Part shown: piece by piece, positions 11,759 to 25,889 of the stretch
Layout: each line of letters starts with the position of its first letter
How positions within the stretch are numbered: the first letter of the stretch is position 1
Position numbers and translations under genes: made by a program
The notes under the pieces: model-generated
What the model was told of the DNA's origin: nothing
Seen by the model: the letters and a program-made list of their open reading frames with translations, nothing else
Databases searched by the model: none
Source of the DNA: Octopus vulgaris
Lineage: Eukaryota
Length of the DNA: 64,000 nt
Direction of reading: 5' to 3'
Assembly (NCBI GenBank): GCA_951406725.2
Contig: OX597823.1
Location: 88,908,001-88,972,000, forward strand

Positions 11759-14355
11759 GTATCAAAACATCAGAACCAGTTCAGAAATTTATATGTGATC
11801 CAAATTGCTCATAATCAAAGACATTCCAAATCAACTGGTCTTTGTTTTTCAGGCATATGCAATAACTCTGAGCAGAATCTTAAATTCCTTCCCTTTTTTG
11901 GGGACACTATTAGTGATTGGTCAAATATTTCTAGCAGTTTTGTTGCCTGGAATGAATCAACTGAACTCAAGCAACTTAAATTAGAGTTAACTCAAATTTC
12001 CTAATGTCAGTGAATATATTTGAACATTGATGTTAAACCAGGTGCTGTATCACATCCAGCAGCTGTAAATTTAATTTAGCGATATATATATTCTATACTA
12101 GCCTGAGCATTTAATTCTCAGTTCATAACTAATTACTAGTAGACATTCCTCCATAGTTATTCAAGTTGCTATAAATAACAGATCGAGGATGACATGTATG
12201 CAGACAAGTGGTTGAAGTGACATTCTATAGTTAGTCTATAATACATTTATGCAGTAACGCCTTCTAAGATAAAGCGAATTGTAACATTTGTGGCTTCACA
12301 TGAAAATCCTGAAATGTCGGCAAAATCTAGAGTTGTAATAAGTTTGCTTGTCTATGTAGAGCAGCATTTACATGATTTGCATATTATATTGCTAGCAAGA
12401 ATCAGCAGAAACTTTGAGATGTAGAAGATATAGAAACATGGAGGTTTTATCAATGCGTGTTGTTATAAACTGATGAATATTCAAATAAAATGCTTTTCTT
12501 CCGTGGTATATTCACACGTTCTCGTGGCATGGAAGTTAATCTCAGCACTGCTAACTAACGAAGTACTTCGGTTTTGTAATTCCATTAAATATAATGCTTT
12601 TACAGAAAGACTTGGTAAAGTTGTCGACGCAATATATATTGGTATTTATTTACGTTACTTTACCATTTTTTTAACTTCAAACCCTACCAAAGACGATTTT
12701 GACTTTTATCCTCCTCCGGATTACTAAATAAAGACAGGACAACTGCGAGGAATAAGTCAGGTTTCCAACATGTCATGCCTTGTAGGTACGGGGTAAAATT
12801 TATGATAGCATAATCGGTATGCAGTCCGCCGATACTCATGAATTTATGTCGTTGGTAGAAATCAATATTAAGGTCTGACTAGTTGCATACAGCAGAGGTA
12901 ACAATGGTTGGGACCGCGGGTAACCAACTGCCGTTAGGTTATTGAACCGTCTGACAGCTGATAATCATAACAGGTGTTTAAATTCATATATCCAGGCGAC
13001 TGTAAATAATACAATCCCGTCGATATAAAACTGAGTAATGCTGGTTTCTGTTTTTTTATTTAGGCCCCAGAAGAATATGAAGTTAGAACTAAAATCTAAA
13101 GGGAAACACAATTTGATATTTTTAATGTAACTGTAGTGGCGAGATCGTCCGTCTCTGAGGTATACATTTCCCATTAAAAAGCCGTAGCAATTTTAGGTGT
13201 CTTTTTTAACCACGGACCTGTTTATAATGCATGTGTATGCGCATGTTTATACTTATCCCCACATAATCTTGATACATATGACTAATGACCCTTTGATTGT
13301 TCCAGTATCACAATACGACCTCTAGTGTCTGCTCAACGTTTGTCGAGACGGTATAGATTTATATTTAAAATTAAAGAAAAGCAAAGTACCGAATGCGGAA
13401 TGTAAGTAAGAGACAGCTTACCAATTTATGAGTGGAAGAAAATTATGTGAGATGTAAATAAGATGGGTTAGTATGGAGAATAAAGAACTAGCGGCTTATT
13501 GATTATTTGACAGGTATGGGGGTGGAGTGTACGTGTGTGTGTGTATATCTGCGTGTTTACGTCATATTGACTTACGATGCCATGCTTTCGTACCGCTTTT
13601 GATGTTTCACTGCAATGCAGCATTGAATTTGTAATGTAATGCTTCAGACAGAAAATAAATAACAAATATAAGACGAAGTAAAAATGAAAAAGAAGATATT
13701 AAAAAAAAGTTAACAAGTCACTATTCTGGAACAAAGATACGAAGCAGGAATAGAGGAGAAAAAATATCTTGTGAACTTTAAACAAGAAATCTGATTTGAG
13801 CTCTGTGTAAAATTCATTGTACAACTTAACTATTTACAAATTTTCTTATTTCGTTTTATATTTCAAAGTTACGGTCGTAGAATCACGGAATTCCGGAAAG
13901 CACGGGTTCATTGCTTTATTCCGGTTTATGTAATGCACTAAGCGATTTGGAGAAGCAAAAAGCTGTTACTCGATATGATGAGAGTCTATCAGTAAGACGT
14001 GCTGAAGACGATGAGTAAAGGGAGACTCACCATATTCGATAGCGACGTTACCGGGTCGTCTGAGTACCGATAACAAACCCCAGTATTCTAACTGAATATC
14101 AAGGCTGCTGCACCCGATAGAGGCTCTTAATCAAAGGCTAATACTGACTACTTTTTAAGCTCTTAAGTCAAAGGAACACTCGTAGGTGCTTCCTTGCTGT
14201 CTCTTCTTAACACGAGAAGCTAGAGCATTCCGTTGTATCAATGGAAAAAGTCTCACAAGTCTCGCGGTCTTAGATAAAAACACGACCTACGATACCACAG
14301 ACTAGTCTTTGATGACATTTACTTTGAATCCGTTCTAATTTTGATTACTATAAAC

Positions 14356-14436
<81 letters not shown>

Positions 14437-14459
14437 ATGTTACATTTACTCAATAGTCA

Positions 14460-14522
14460 AGATAAAACTCTGAGTTTCAGATGCCGAAGTGGAAATCCAC
14501 AACACCATCTCTTCGGTTATCT
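14460..14522 (-). ncRNA. Type I hammerhead-like motif (CCGAAGA core variant)
   Basis: Minus strand reads agataa CCGAAGA gatg..catct GAAACTCAGAGTT ttatct. Stem I is 6 bp, stem II is gatg/catc, and stem III ACTCAGAGT is the same as in family A. It lies in a 190-bp insert between (TA)n tracts. Confidence 0.6.
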
Positions 14523-14617
14523 GGCCATCTAATGTAACATATTATTTTATAGATAAATTTCCTCTATTTACATAATATTGAGGTCTCTTTCTTTCTTTTG
14601 TTATCTTACCGTTTTTG

Positions 14618-14736
<119 letters not shown>

Positions 14737-14884
14737 CTGGAGTAGTAAGGTCAAACCATTGCTGAGGACATATGTAGGAACGAAAAGACCCTGCCAAATG
14801 CAGCTATTTGATTGATCAAACAATTAATAAAAAATATCGATTAATTAATTGCTTAAATGGTAAACTAGTTGACTAATAAGAATT

Positions 14885-15087
14885 ATTTCCAGTTTGGGCC
14901 CAAGGCCAGCAGATTTGTGGGGGCAAGCTGAAGTCGATTACACTGGCCACAATCATTTTATCGATTCCTAAAGGATGATAGGCAATATTGATCTTGGCTG
15001 TATTTGAATTCAGAACATAGAGACCTCGAAGAAACTCCATTCAGCATTTTGTCTGACACGGTAACGATTCTGCCAGGTCGCTCCCCT
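14885..15087 (-). mobile_element. SINE family 2, diverged
   Basis: Reverse complement resembles 9944-10145 (ctggcagaatcgtta..aaatgct..gttctgaattcaaat..tcatccttt..atcgataaaat). Confidence 0.75.
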
Positions 15088-15859
15088 ATATGAATGTTAA
15101 TAATAAACAAGTGAAATAGAACTTGATCGTGTTTCCTGTTTGTGTAATGATCTTACCAAGATCCAAAATATTTATAAACACTTTACCGTCTTTACATGTT
15201 AAAGAGTCATGTTAAAGGTAGTCCTAATTTTGAAGATCAAGATAATATTGTTTATCATTTACATCAAGAAAGACCCAAAGATATTAACACTAACTGGTAG
15301 TACAATGCCCAACATTTGGAAAAGGCCACACATGACAACATTTCATCCTACGCCCCAGAAACAAGATACATGTGGTTAACATGAATATATAGAAATATTG
15401 TAAACATTCTAGTTGAAAAGTTATAGAATTTAGTTTATATTCATTCAAATGATTTCCTTGAAATAATTAATATCCTATTAACATACAAGCAATGATCTCT
15501 AACCTCGCTATGTTAGATATTTGTCTATAATTAATGAACATTGAAACGAAGAAAGAGACAAATGTGGTAGATTGAATAATGCTTTTACTGTTTAGCTCAC
15601 AATCTACGTTGATCCAACTGGCATAAAGACAGGTGCAAGATAATTGCGATTTACGCCGGCTTTTCCCCTAAAATATTTACACCAGACTACACTATTTAAT
15701 ATATTCTTATATATATGAGGAATATTTGGTTGCTACGTCTGCCTGATATAACAAACTCGAATACACACACACACACACTACACACACGCACACACACACA
15801 CAATGTACACATACACACTACACACACGCACAAAAGCACACAATACATACATTATACAC

Positions 15860-16151
15860 GCTGCGTGGAGTATTTGAAAGCTGTTAATTATTAGTATATT
15901 GCACTCTTCAAAGCAATTAAAATGTTTTTATCCCTTTCAAATCGCCCTTGACAGATGAAATACTAACATAAGAAATGTCCGAAATGTCTGAGCTTAAGGC
16001 TGTCATCGAAGCTGAAGGCGGATTCATGGAGTAATCTTTTAAGATCGAAAACATCTGCGCAAAATTTTATTTAAATGCATTTGGGTTCTACTAGATTAGA
16101 GTTGTTTTATTAAATTACCAAACATGTCCTCAAATACATCTCGTACCCTGT
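15860..16151 (+). mobile_element. 3' end of a Tc1/mariner (maT-like) transposon
   Basis: Encodes the C-terminus LKAVIEAEGGFME-stop at about 15990-16034, then a TIR-like end acatctcgtaccctgt. Confidence 0.55.
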
Positions 16152-16180
16152 GCATATACACACACATACATAAATGCATA

Positions 16181-16234
<54 letters not shown>

Positions 16235-19200
16235 CGTATATATATATTTACTGATTGACTGACATCGAAATCAATTACAAGCCTATGTGATTGACAAGGA
16301 GACTACAGGCACATCGAGCCATTCTACAGAGAAGATGAAAGGCATACGAAAAATGAAATCATTCATAAGAGAAACTGAAAATTCACACGTAGTAAGGGAT
16401 TGTATTCTGTTTTATCTCCCGATTTACAGACCTGGCCAAGTAATATAAGTAAATATAATATTTTATGTATTTATTTTACGGGTTTGTTTTCCATTGATGC
16501 ATATCTTAGTGGATTATTGTGAATTTTCAAGCAAAAATGAATGGTTCATAGTTTGTTTTTTTTTTCTTTTTTTCGAAATTCATATAATATACGCAGCATA
16601 ATGTATCTTGTATGAAATAAGGAATAACAAATTCGAATCTATTCTTCGTGTATGTTAATATGAAACGATTATAAAACAAGTGTTTGCCAAAATGCATGCG
16701 AATAGATTACTTGGAATATCCGAAACATTTATTTCTTTCCCTACTAATGATAATTGTCGCAAAAGTTCCAGTTGATGTCTATAATAGTCTTTCCTTAATT
16801 TACTGGCTCCAACATTTGGACTACGACTACCTCGGCGCAGTGCCATGAAAGAGAATGTCTATAGATACCGAATGTAAAAGAGCAAAGAGAAACTCAGTGT
16901 GTTTTGAATTCCGAATCAGTGAAACGAAATAAAATATAAAGTATTTAGTCCGCCATTATACCGTTTTTGCCACATCACTAAGTTCCATGGGTTAAAAATA
17001 TTGATTTATTTCTGAAGCGCAGGCCGACAAATCAATAGTTGCAAGGAAATGTGATGTTGTATCCAGGTTCAGGTCGAATATCCGAATCTTAATTTCTGGC
17101 TATTTAGCTAATTCAATAAGCCGAACTTCCACACCAGTAATTCGTGCAATGATGTGTAACGTGTCAGCATATCAACCAGTATCTCAATAGGCAATTTTTA
17201 TTATAGCAAACAGGCTACCTAATATCCCAGAAGAGAAAAAAATCTTCATCCATGAAAACTCTTTGCTGTAATGGTTGCAAATTTATTACAAGAAGAATAT
17301 TCTTAAAACTGCATGTATTGTGTTAGTGGATAAAATAATAATCCATTTGACCGTAATTATTGTAATAGTTTATAAATAATTTATGAAGTGGATCATTCGA
17401 TAACATATCTACCACGTTCCTATTTTCCCGTTATTAAATGCATTATTTTAATTCATTTATATTTCGTTCATTTATTTATTCATTCATTCATTTACATTTT
17501 GTTTTCACAACCAAATTCTGATTTATTCTTATTTAGCACATGGTTTAAAATTAAGTGAATATATATGAAGTGAGTCAGCTGAATTAACCCCAATTAATAT
17601 CCAATACTTTGAGTTACTCCTTTGCACTGACAGGCTAACTGGTCAGGCTCGGTATTATTCGAACTTATTACTTAGAAGGAGGAAATGCATCTAATCCAAG
17701 AGAGAGACCAAATTTATAGCGTCCATTCTTCGGTCTTGCTGAAATCAATTCCAACTCTGAACACTAAATTAAACGTGGAAGCAATCAGTAAGAAAAGGAC
17801 GTTGGTGGAGCAGAAACTGCAGCATCAGATTAAATGCATTATTGTAATTAGCTGAGCTTGCATTATGCTTTCAAATAATGCAAACGTCTATGGAAGCTTC
17901 GTTGCTCCAGGTTAATAAAATAGCTACTAGACTTATAGCTGATTGATTCTATTGATTTTACATCATCCTTATAATTTGTAATCTTGTTCGAATGTCAAAA
18001 ATTGATTTCAATCTCTGAGACAAGAGGATTTAAATGTCTTTATCTTTTTTTAATGCTTGCTTACGAGTCTATTTTCTGAATCAGTTACGAATCCTTTGTA
18101 AAAGCAGTTCATGATTTGAGGGATGATAATAAGTTATCACGTAAAATCTTGGCTTGGTTTACAGAATCCATAAGATTATATTTCGGCTATATTATAAGAC
18201 AATGTATTCCAATACATAATGCGACAAGATATTAGGTGAAGGTGGCCATTAGTATATGTATTATATATATAGTAACAATTCATAGCTGGGCATATGCTGC
18301 TTGCAGTTCATAAGTCATGGAAGGAGGCCAATTTTCATTTCGGGAAATTTACTGACTAAATACATATCATGCAATGAACGCAACCACTACACCACTCTTT
18401 CAAAGAATACCATAAATTTCATTCATAAGGTGAAATATTCACAGCTTATCGAAGGCGGCTTACCCGTGATAGTTGGACGGCTTCCTTGCCTGTACATACC
18501 CGCCAATCGTTGGATCGGTTGCTCTTGGCGGTGGTCGAATGATTAGCTGTGGTCAGTGGCGCCGAGCGAACATTCGTATTCAGCAAGGAAAGATAATGAA
18601 ATGTGTCTCCTACATTTCCCTAAAGATTCTCTTAATTCAAATACTTGAGTTAATACTTCATTTAATGAACTCGAAAGACTGAATTATAAGATTGAACTTA
18701 GTGGATTTTGAAATGAGAATAGAGTTGGCGAAAACGAATAAAGTAGAGTATATTACCAACGATCGAATGCATCTTCCAAATCGCTACAATATTTTCAAAA
18801 TCTACTCTATTTAAGGGATTTTGAAATAGTAAATCCTTATATCTGAAGATATTATATAGATCACAAATTCGTATAAATTACGATAATAACGCATTAATAA
18901 AATGATATAATTCGGATTGAGAACCAGTGTAATTTTCCCACCTAACTACGAGTTTCGTAATCTCATACACCCACGATATCAACAAGCATGTTCAGTACGT
19001 TTATAGATTTATGCCTTGAAATAAGATCTCAGTACTTCAAAATGATAGTAAACTTAATAATAGAATGCCATATTTTGGCTCTTATAATTAAAGAGACTAG
19101 ATATTGATGAGGCTATTTTGTCTACAACATAAAGCAAGTTCATTTTTGTCCGGCTTTAGTGAAGTAAGTCCATAATATTGTGTAGATTCCATCTTTTTTT

Positions 19201-19537
19201 ACATGCTACTTAGAGTAGAAGGCTAATGTTTACATGACTCTACATGTTCCCATGAGATATCTAGTATTGTTTCTGCTAAACTAACGTCTTTCGCTTACTC
19301 ATTGGTTTCAAATTAAATTTAGTGTTTAGTGTTGGAGTCGATTTCAGTAAGACCGATAAATGAGGGATACTATTTTGCTCTGTATCCTAGATTAAATGTC
19401 TTTCAACTTTCAATTTGATTGGCTTAAATAATAATAAAAGTTAACTTTTGGAGAGTAATGACTAAAATAAAACGATATCGAAAATTATATAAAGAAGGTC
19501 TCACGTAGATTCTCTGCATTTGGCTAAAAGCGCGCGC

Positions 19538-19569
<32 letters not shown>

Positions 19570-21000
19570 GTGTGTGTGTGTGTGTGTGTGTGTGTGCACG
19601 TGCGTGCACGTGAAAGAGAGTATCTGTGTACGTGTGTGTGTGTGTTTAGTATATCAATACTAAGGGATGACACAGCGAAGCCCCGTCGTTGATTAGTTTA
19701 ACATGGTGTATTTATATCATATAAATAAATGTATATTCTCAAATAAAGAATTAAATACATATTATCAAATGAAGATCACCTAACATGTTACAATTCTTTT
19801 CTTCTTCATTATGTTCGTAATCCACATTAGAGTTTCATTATTTTGGAATTATAATTTTGTAATCCTGTATTCCAAAAGCAACAAAACAACATACGAATAC
19901 TTAACGATGGCAGACAGCTTTGGAGATATTTCAAATTTAGTTTGTTTCTTATCTAAAACTTAATATTTAACTTATCTTCGTAACTTACATTTAAAACATG
20001 TTTTATAAAGATTAATTAAATAAGTGAAAAATTTATCATACATATATTAACACAGCAAGCATTTAAAATCTATACATTTCGATATCATGTATGAAAACCT
20101 GCTACTATTTTTATAGATAAACTAATTACGAAGACAGGTTTTGAAAAAATTCGAAATCATTAGGAACGTAGTTGCTTATTTAAATTATTAAAGAAAACTC
20201 AATATATTTACTATGAAGTTTTAATGCGTTCCTTATGAGTCTTTGTTTTACTTAATGCGTTTTGATATCATGAACATTTTGAAATGGCACAAGTCTAGGT
20301 AGATAGTAGGTATATAGATTAATATAAATAATTCTCTGATTTATCATTTTAGGGAGGAACAGCGAGATGAGTATATCGAAATAAGAGTAAATCGCTTTAA
20401 ACAATAAATAAATTTAAGAATAGATACTACCCGCTTATTTATTCTGTCAAGACATTACATTAAACACTGGCAATTAGTTAAGTAACATATATTTTTCGTT
20501 TTTGAGAAATAATAACTTAATATACATTAGATGCTGTATTTTAGATGAATCAATACCTTCTACACAATATTTCTCAATGATCCCTGAGTAAATAAAATAC
20601 ACTTAAGATGTAATGCAAAGAAATTCGCGCACTGTACTCATTCCTTTATATAAAAGGAGAAGCGAGCTTTTGATAACATAATAGTATTCCAACGAATATG
20701 TTCTAAACCAATGTCATAGCAGAGACGTATAATTTACTATTTTAAGAATAACAAGGGCGTTTGAATTACTCTTTTCGAATTTTCAAAATTAATTGCAGAT
20801 AGGAATACGTATAAAAGGTGATGCTTCTTTTTGTAACGATTTCGTATAACAAAATCACATCGTCGGGTTTAGAAAGACTACACAGTAAATAATTATTTAT
20901 ACACACACTACTATATACTCATCTATTCATGTTAACACAGACAACTATAACCAGCAATTAACATTTTGAAACGTAACTACTGAATAATAACAAATTTTGG

Positions 21001-21226
21001 TTAAATTATTTTGACATCAACCTGTTTGAGACGCATTTGTTTCTATAGCACACGTATTCTATTTGAAAGTGATGTAAATTAAAACCTCCCTACAAAATTA
21101 CATTTTAATTTGTTCCAAAGACAAGATTATTAATGATAATGTTATTTTAATATAATCTTCTGTATTGTCAAGAGTACTTGAAACTTGGTAGAGTATTTGA
21201 ACGAAATATGATAACGAAAGAATTAA
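21001..21226. mobile_element. TTAA-bounded MITE (piggyBac-type), diverged
   Basis: Starts ttaaattattttgacatca and ends tgataacgaaagaattaa, giving imperfect inverted ends inside TTAA. Confidence 0.45.
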
Positions 21227-21565
21227 TAATAAATTATATTTTAATGTGTAGAAAAAGAAACATATAACTTTCTATATTATGATAGAGTCTGTATGATAGC
21301 GATGTTTAAATTTTGAATGTTAATATATATATATTTTAGATATTTATGAAAAAGCATAATAATATAGAAATAAGTATAAGGCGTCTATTGCTTCGTAATT
21401 GATTAAAATTCTTCTGTGTGTGTGTGCGCGCTTGATTGGATACTGTTTTTGTTTCTTCGAGGTATAGGTTCTGTATTGTCAAAAGTACTTGAGACTTGGC
21501 AGAGCATTTGAACAAAATATGGTAACGAAAGAATTAATAATAAATTATATTTTAATGTGTAGAAA
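21158..21565. repeat. About 97-bp direct repeat (21158-21254 and 21469-21565)
   Basis: ttctgtattgtcaa.agtacttga.acttgg..taaattatattttaatgtgtagaaa occurs twice with few mismatches. Confidence 0.9.
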
Positions 21566-21848
21566 TTTACTCTGTCTTGCTATTCACTAGCGGCAGTGGG
21601 GTTATATACCACAATCCAAGACACCTCACTCCAGTAACGAACGGATGGTAATACTAAATTCAAATTCGCACACAGAGTATGCATATCTATTGTCTCTTTT
21701 CGGAACAACAGCGACGTTGTTGACGTCACTCAAAACACGTCATCTAATTATCGATCCCAACAACTACAGCCGAATCCGTTGTAGTTGGCTATGTTCAAAT
21801 CTTTCCGTACTAAGCATGAAACTAAATTCGACGACACACGCTCTGTGT

Positions 21849-21899
<51 letters not shown>

Positions 21900-22179
21900 C
21901 GTGTGTGTGTGTATGTGTGTGTGTGTTTATTAGTTACTGCATGTTTGTGATAAACAAACAACTAATTTACGTCTAAAAATATATTCATAAACAATATGAA
22001 CTTGTAGTAGAAAATGCCGGAATAATGTTTGAACCCTCCTATTATTAACCTTGGTGCGTCTGTTTAATTGGTGGGAAATCAATATCTATCACTCATGCAT
22101 AATCTCTAAGATTAGAGAGAGGGAACATCTTTTTGAAAGAAGCAATTGTGAAAATTTAGTCAAATGATTGAATTCTATG

Positions 22180-22376
22180 GAGAGATTCAGCGTGACACAC
22201 AATGTGACCAGCTGGCCCTTTGAATTACAGGTACAACTCATTTTTACCAGCCGAGAGGACTGGATCAACGTGACATAATGTGGTTTCTTGGAGGACAAAA
22301 CGCGCTCCCCGCAATCGAACTCAAGACTTTCTGATCGTGAGCCGAATATACTTTACCACTAATCAAAAGTACCTTC
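22180..22376 (-). mobile_element. tRNA-type SINE, same subfamily as 7841-8130, 3' truncated
   Basis: Minus strand has ttagtggtaaag, B box gagttcgattgc, and tgtacctgtaattcaaagggccagc..tgtgtcacgctgaatctc. Confidence 0.75.
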
Positions 22377-22391
22377 AATTACATAGATACA

Positions 22392-22866
22392 TAGTAAATC
22401 CCGCCACAAAAAAAAAAACCAAGAACAAACACAAGAAAAAACAACAACGCGAGGACATGGTAAATGCAAAGTATTAGCAGACACTCAGGGAAGGACAGAA
22501 AGGTGGTTTTACATTTCGAGTAAAGCTCTTCGTCAGAAACAGGAAACGGAGGAAAGTCCAAGACAAAAGGAAGACGGAGGGAAAAAAGTCGCCAACAATC
22601 TGTTTGTAGTTACATTTTGAACGAAAAAAGAAACAAAAAACATATGTACATATATATGTATTTGAGCGCGTGTGTATCGTTGGCGATTTTTTTCCTCCGT
22701 CTTCCCTTCCTTGGACCTTTCCTTTTTCTATGCTTCTGACGAAGAGTTCCGCTCGAAACTTTAAATCCTCCTTCTTTCTTTGCTTTACTGAGCGTCCAAT
22801 AACACTATACCTGTTCCACGTCCTCGCGCTGTTGTGTTTTCTCTGTGTTTTCATGTGTGGATTAAC

Positions 22867-22868
<2 letters not shown>
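22392..22868. mobile_element. Inverted pair of HHR-bearing short elements (family B)
   Basis: 22392-22600 is a diverged reverse complement of 22675-22868 (shared gttggcga.tttttcc.tccgtcttcc, tctgacgaagag..ctcgaaa, ctgag.gtc, gtcctcgcg.tgttg). Confidence 0.85.
22506..22540 (-). ncRNA. Minimal type I hammerhead ribozyme motif
   Basis: Reads gttt CTGACGA a GAG-cttta-CTC GAAA tg TA aaac. Core is canonical, stems I and II pair, and stem III is loopless. The partner copy at 22732-22767 (+) is more degenerate. Confidence 0.65.
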
Positions 22869-22901
<33 letters not shown>

Positions 22902-22920
22902 TTATTTTCTCGAACACAAA

Positions 22921-23033
22921 ATGATGAATAGCAAAGAGGATTTCGGTGGCATTTGAACTAAGAATGTAAAGGACGAACGAAATGCTTCTCTACATTTTAG
23001 CCAGCGTGCTAAAAATTTTGCTAGCTCACCGCT
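22921..23033 (-). mobile_element. SINE family 2, 5' part
   Basis: Minus strand reads gcggtgagctagcaaaat..ttagcacgctggc.aaaatg..atttcgttcgtcctttacattcttagttcaaatgccaccga. Confidence 0.75.
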
Positions 23034-23302
23034 TTCTCAGTATATATATATATATAACACTAGGAATGCACATGATACGATATGATAGGATATTATTCAT
23101 GACAAGTAGCTATTGAAGAAATAATTCTGCTGAATCGATGCTGGTGGAGATTACCGCTCGATACAGCAATAATTAAACGAATTAATACTGAACAAGTAGT
23201 AATATTGAGCAAACAATTGTATATGAAACCATTATGACAAATGCACATACATATACACCCGTATACATACATATACATAGACACAGACAGACAGATACTT
23301 AC

Positions 23303-23464
<162 letters not shown>

Positions 23465-24319
23465 TGTGTAGGTGTTTATGAATGTATGAAAATTTATCCG
23501 TTTCACACGCACACGCCCACAGCCACACTCGAACGCATTCATATAGATAAATGTGGGGCTGTGAATTTGTATGATATTTCGTCATACACATATGAATATG
23601 TGTGTGTCCATGTGTATATTATATATATATATATGTACGTACAAGTGTGTGCTTGAGTACCATCATAGACCATATATGTAGAATACATACATGCACGTGC
23701 AAATTCACACACCTACATGCATCTCTATACAGCCACACGCACACCCACAAAGACATATATGTGTGAATACATACATACATACATACATACATACATACAT
23801 ACATACATACATACATACATACATACATACATACATACACACACATTTATACATATATTTCCACACGACAAACATGTAATATCCAGATTTTCATTAAAAT
23901 CAGGCAAGCTCCATTGTTACTAGTGTGAATGCGATGCCAAACGAATTCTATCTATCATTTGCAATTTTTATTAGAAACTTTTTCCCGAGAGAATCCTCTG
24001 CTGTATCTCATTTGCAAAGTGACACGCTATTTTACAACTATAAATTAAACCTTGCAAATATCTATGCAAAGAGATTTCTGTTGCATTCATCTTATCATCT
24101 TATTACAGCACTCCAGAAACGTCATCGAATCGTAGCCAATCATAAGCTATTTTCTAAATTTTCGTTACCTTTTTTCAGATATATTAGATACTCTAGGCTA
24201 CTTGGATTTCATACACATATATGCATGTGTAAGCAAATATATATGTGTGCATGTATGCATACATATATATATATACATGTCATATATATGCACACATACA
24301 TATAAACACACACACACAA

Positions 24320-24379
<60 letters not shown>

Positions 24380-24588
24380 ATTTATATTTTTATGTATGTA
24401 TGTATATGTGTATGCATATTCGTTTCAGCCAAGCTATACACACAACCATGCTGCTGCGTGTATAGTTCAGAAAATATCATAAATCCAAGATATATGCAGG
24501 CACAGTGACATACGCCCATACATTTGCTTTGTGTGGAAGAAACAAACGTAGACTGGCAGTTAAACGGACGGTGAGAGACAGAAAGACC

Positions 24589-24786
<198 letters not shown>

Positions 24787-25304
24787 AACTTATACACGTT
24801 TGCACATGCACAGACACACACTTGTATATATAAGAAAATGCATGCCTATATTTAGGAACAGGATAATATAAGGGATAATATAATCAGTACAGCAAAAGAA
24901 ATCAGCTAATATTATTTCGGAAAACATGAAAAATGTGCCCAATAATAAAATGAGTGGGTAGCTATCTCCATTCAACAAAATATCGAAGTGAAATTAGACA
25001 ACCCATCAACATAAAATTATAGTTTATCCACCACAGGTTCCCATATCTGGCTAGAGCCAATAATTACAAAACAGAAGGTTTTTATGAAACTGTTCAAATT
25101 ATTTTGTGTACGCCTACTTCACTATACCGGGAGCTTCAAATTTAATTTACTAATAGAGTGCTCAATGACAAATAGATTATAAAGTATACACCATAGTTCA
25201 CTCACTGCAAGCCATTTTACAGGTATAATCGAAAGGGGAATATCAAGGCCTATAATTTTGATTTCTGAAGTGTACTTAAGCTTTCGTAACTCGAAATTCT
25301 TGTA

Positions 25305-25500
25305 AATTTAAATATTCATTGCATTCACTGCGTTCAAATCTTCATGAATTTAAATATTCATTGCATTCACTGCGTTCAAATCTTCATGAATTTAAATATT
25401 CATTGAATTCACTGCGTTCAAATCTTCAGGAATTTAAATATCCATTGCATTCACTGCGTTCAAATCTTCATGAATTTAAATATTCATTGCATTTACTGCG
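25305..25500. repeat. 42-bp minisatellite, about 4.7 copies
   Basis: Unit aatttaaatattcattgcattcactgcgttcaaatcttcatg. Confidence 0.95.
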
Positions 25501-25889
25501 GAGTAGATTTTAATGTTGAATAATAAACATTGTTAATTAATTGCAGGCAACATTTTACGCTTTTATTTGTAACAGTCTCTCATTCTCGCTCGCCTCTATT
25601 TTCATTAACGATAATTTAATAATAGCAATATAACTTTGGTACAAGACACAATTTCAAGAATATTATTAGTTTGTTAAATGAATATTTTTGATAAAATTAA
25701 ATTTCTTTAATATACCGGTAAAATTTTTTTTTTACTGAAGAAGTGATTTTGTTGGTATGGCTGCTTGGAACGCTTTAAACCTTACAATAATAACTATTTG
25801 ATCGCTACTATTTCTAGCACGCTAAACAAGATAGCTTTTAACGAGCTTTCATTTATATATAATATGAAACTGAAAAAGAAAATTTGGCA

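Noticed and set aside
11853-12004. Candidate terminal exon after tttgtttttcag
   Set aside because: The acceptor is plausible, but neither open frame gives a recognisable protein and no partner exons were found. RNA-seq would be needed.
18464-18620. Relatively GC-rich minus-strand open stretch ending at a cgg|gtaagc donor-like site
   Set aside because: Weak acceptor and unrecognisable peptide; cannot be distinguished from chance.
25305-25500. Regular repeat as a CRISPR-like array
   Set aside because: Head-to-tail units without unique spacers in a eukaryotic context, so a minisatellite.
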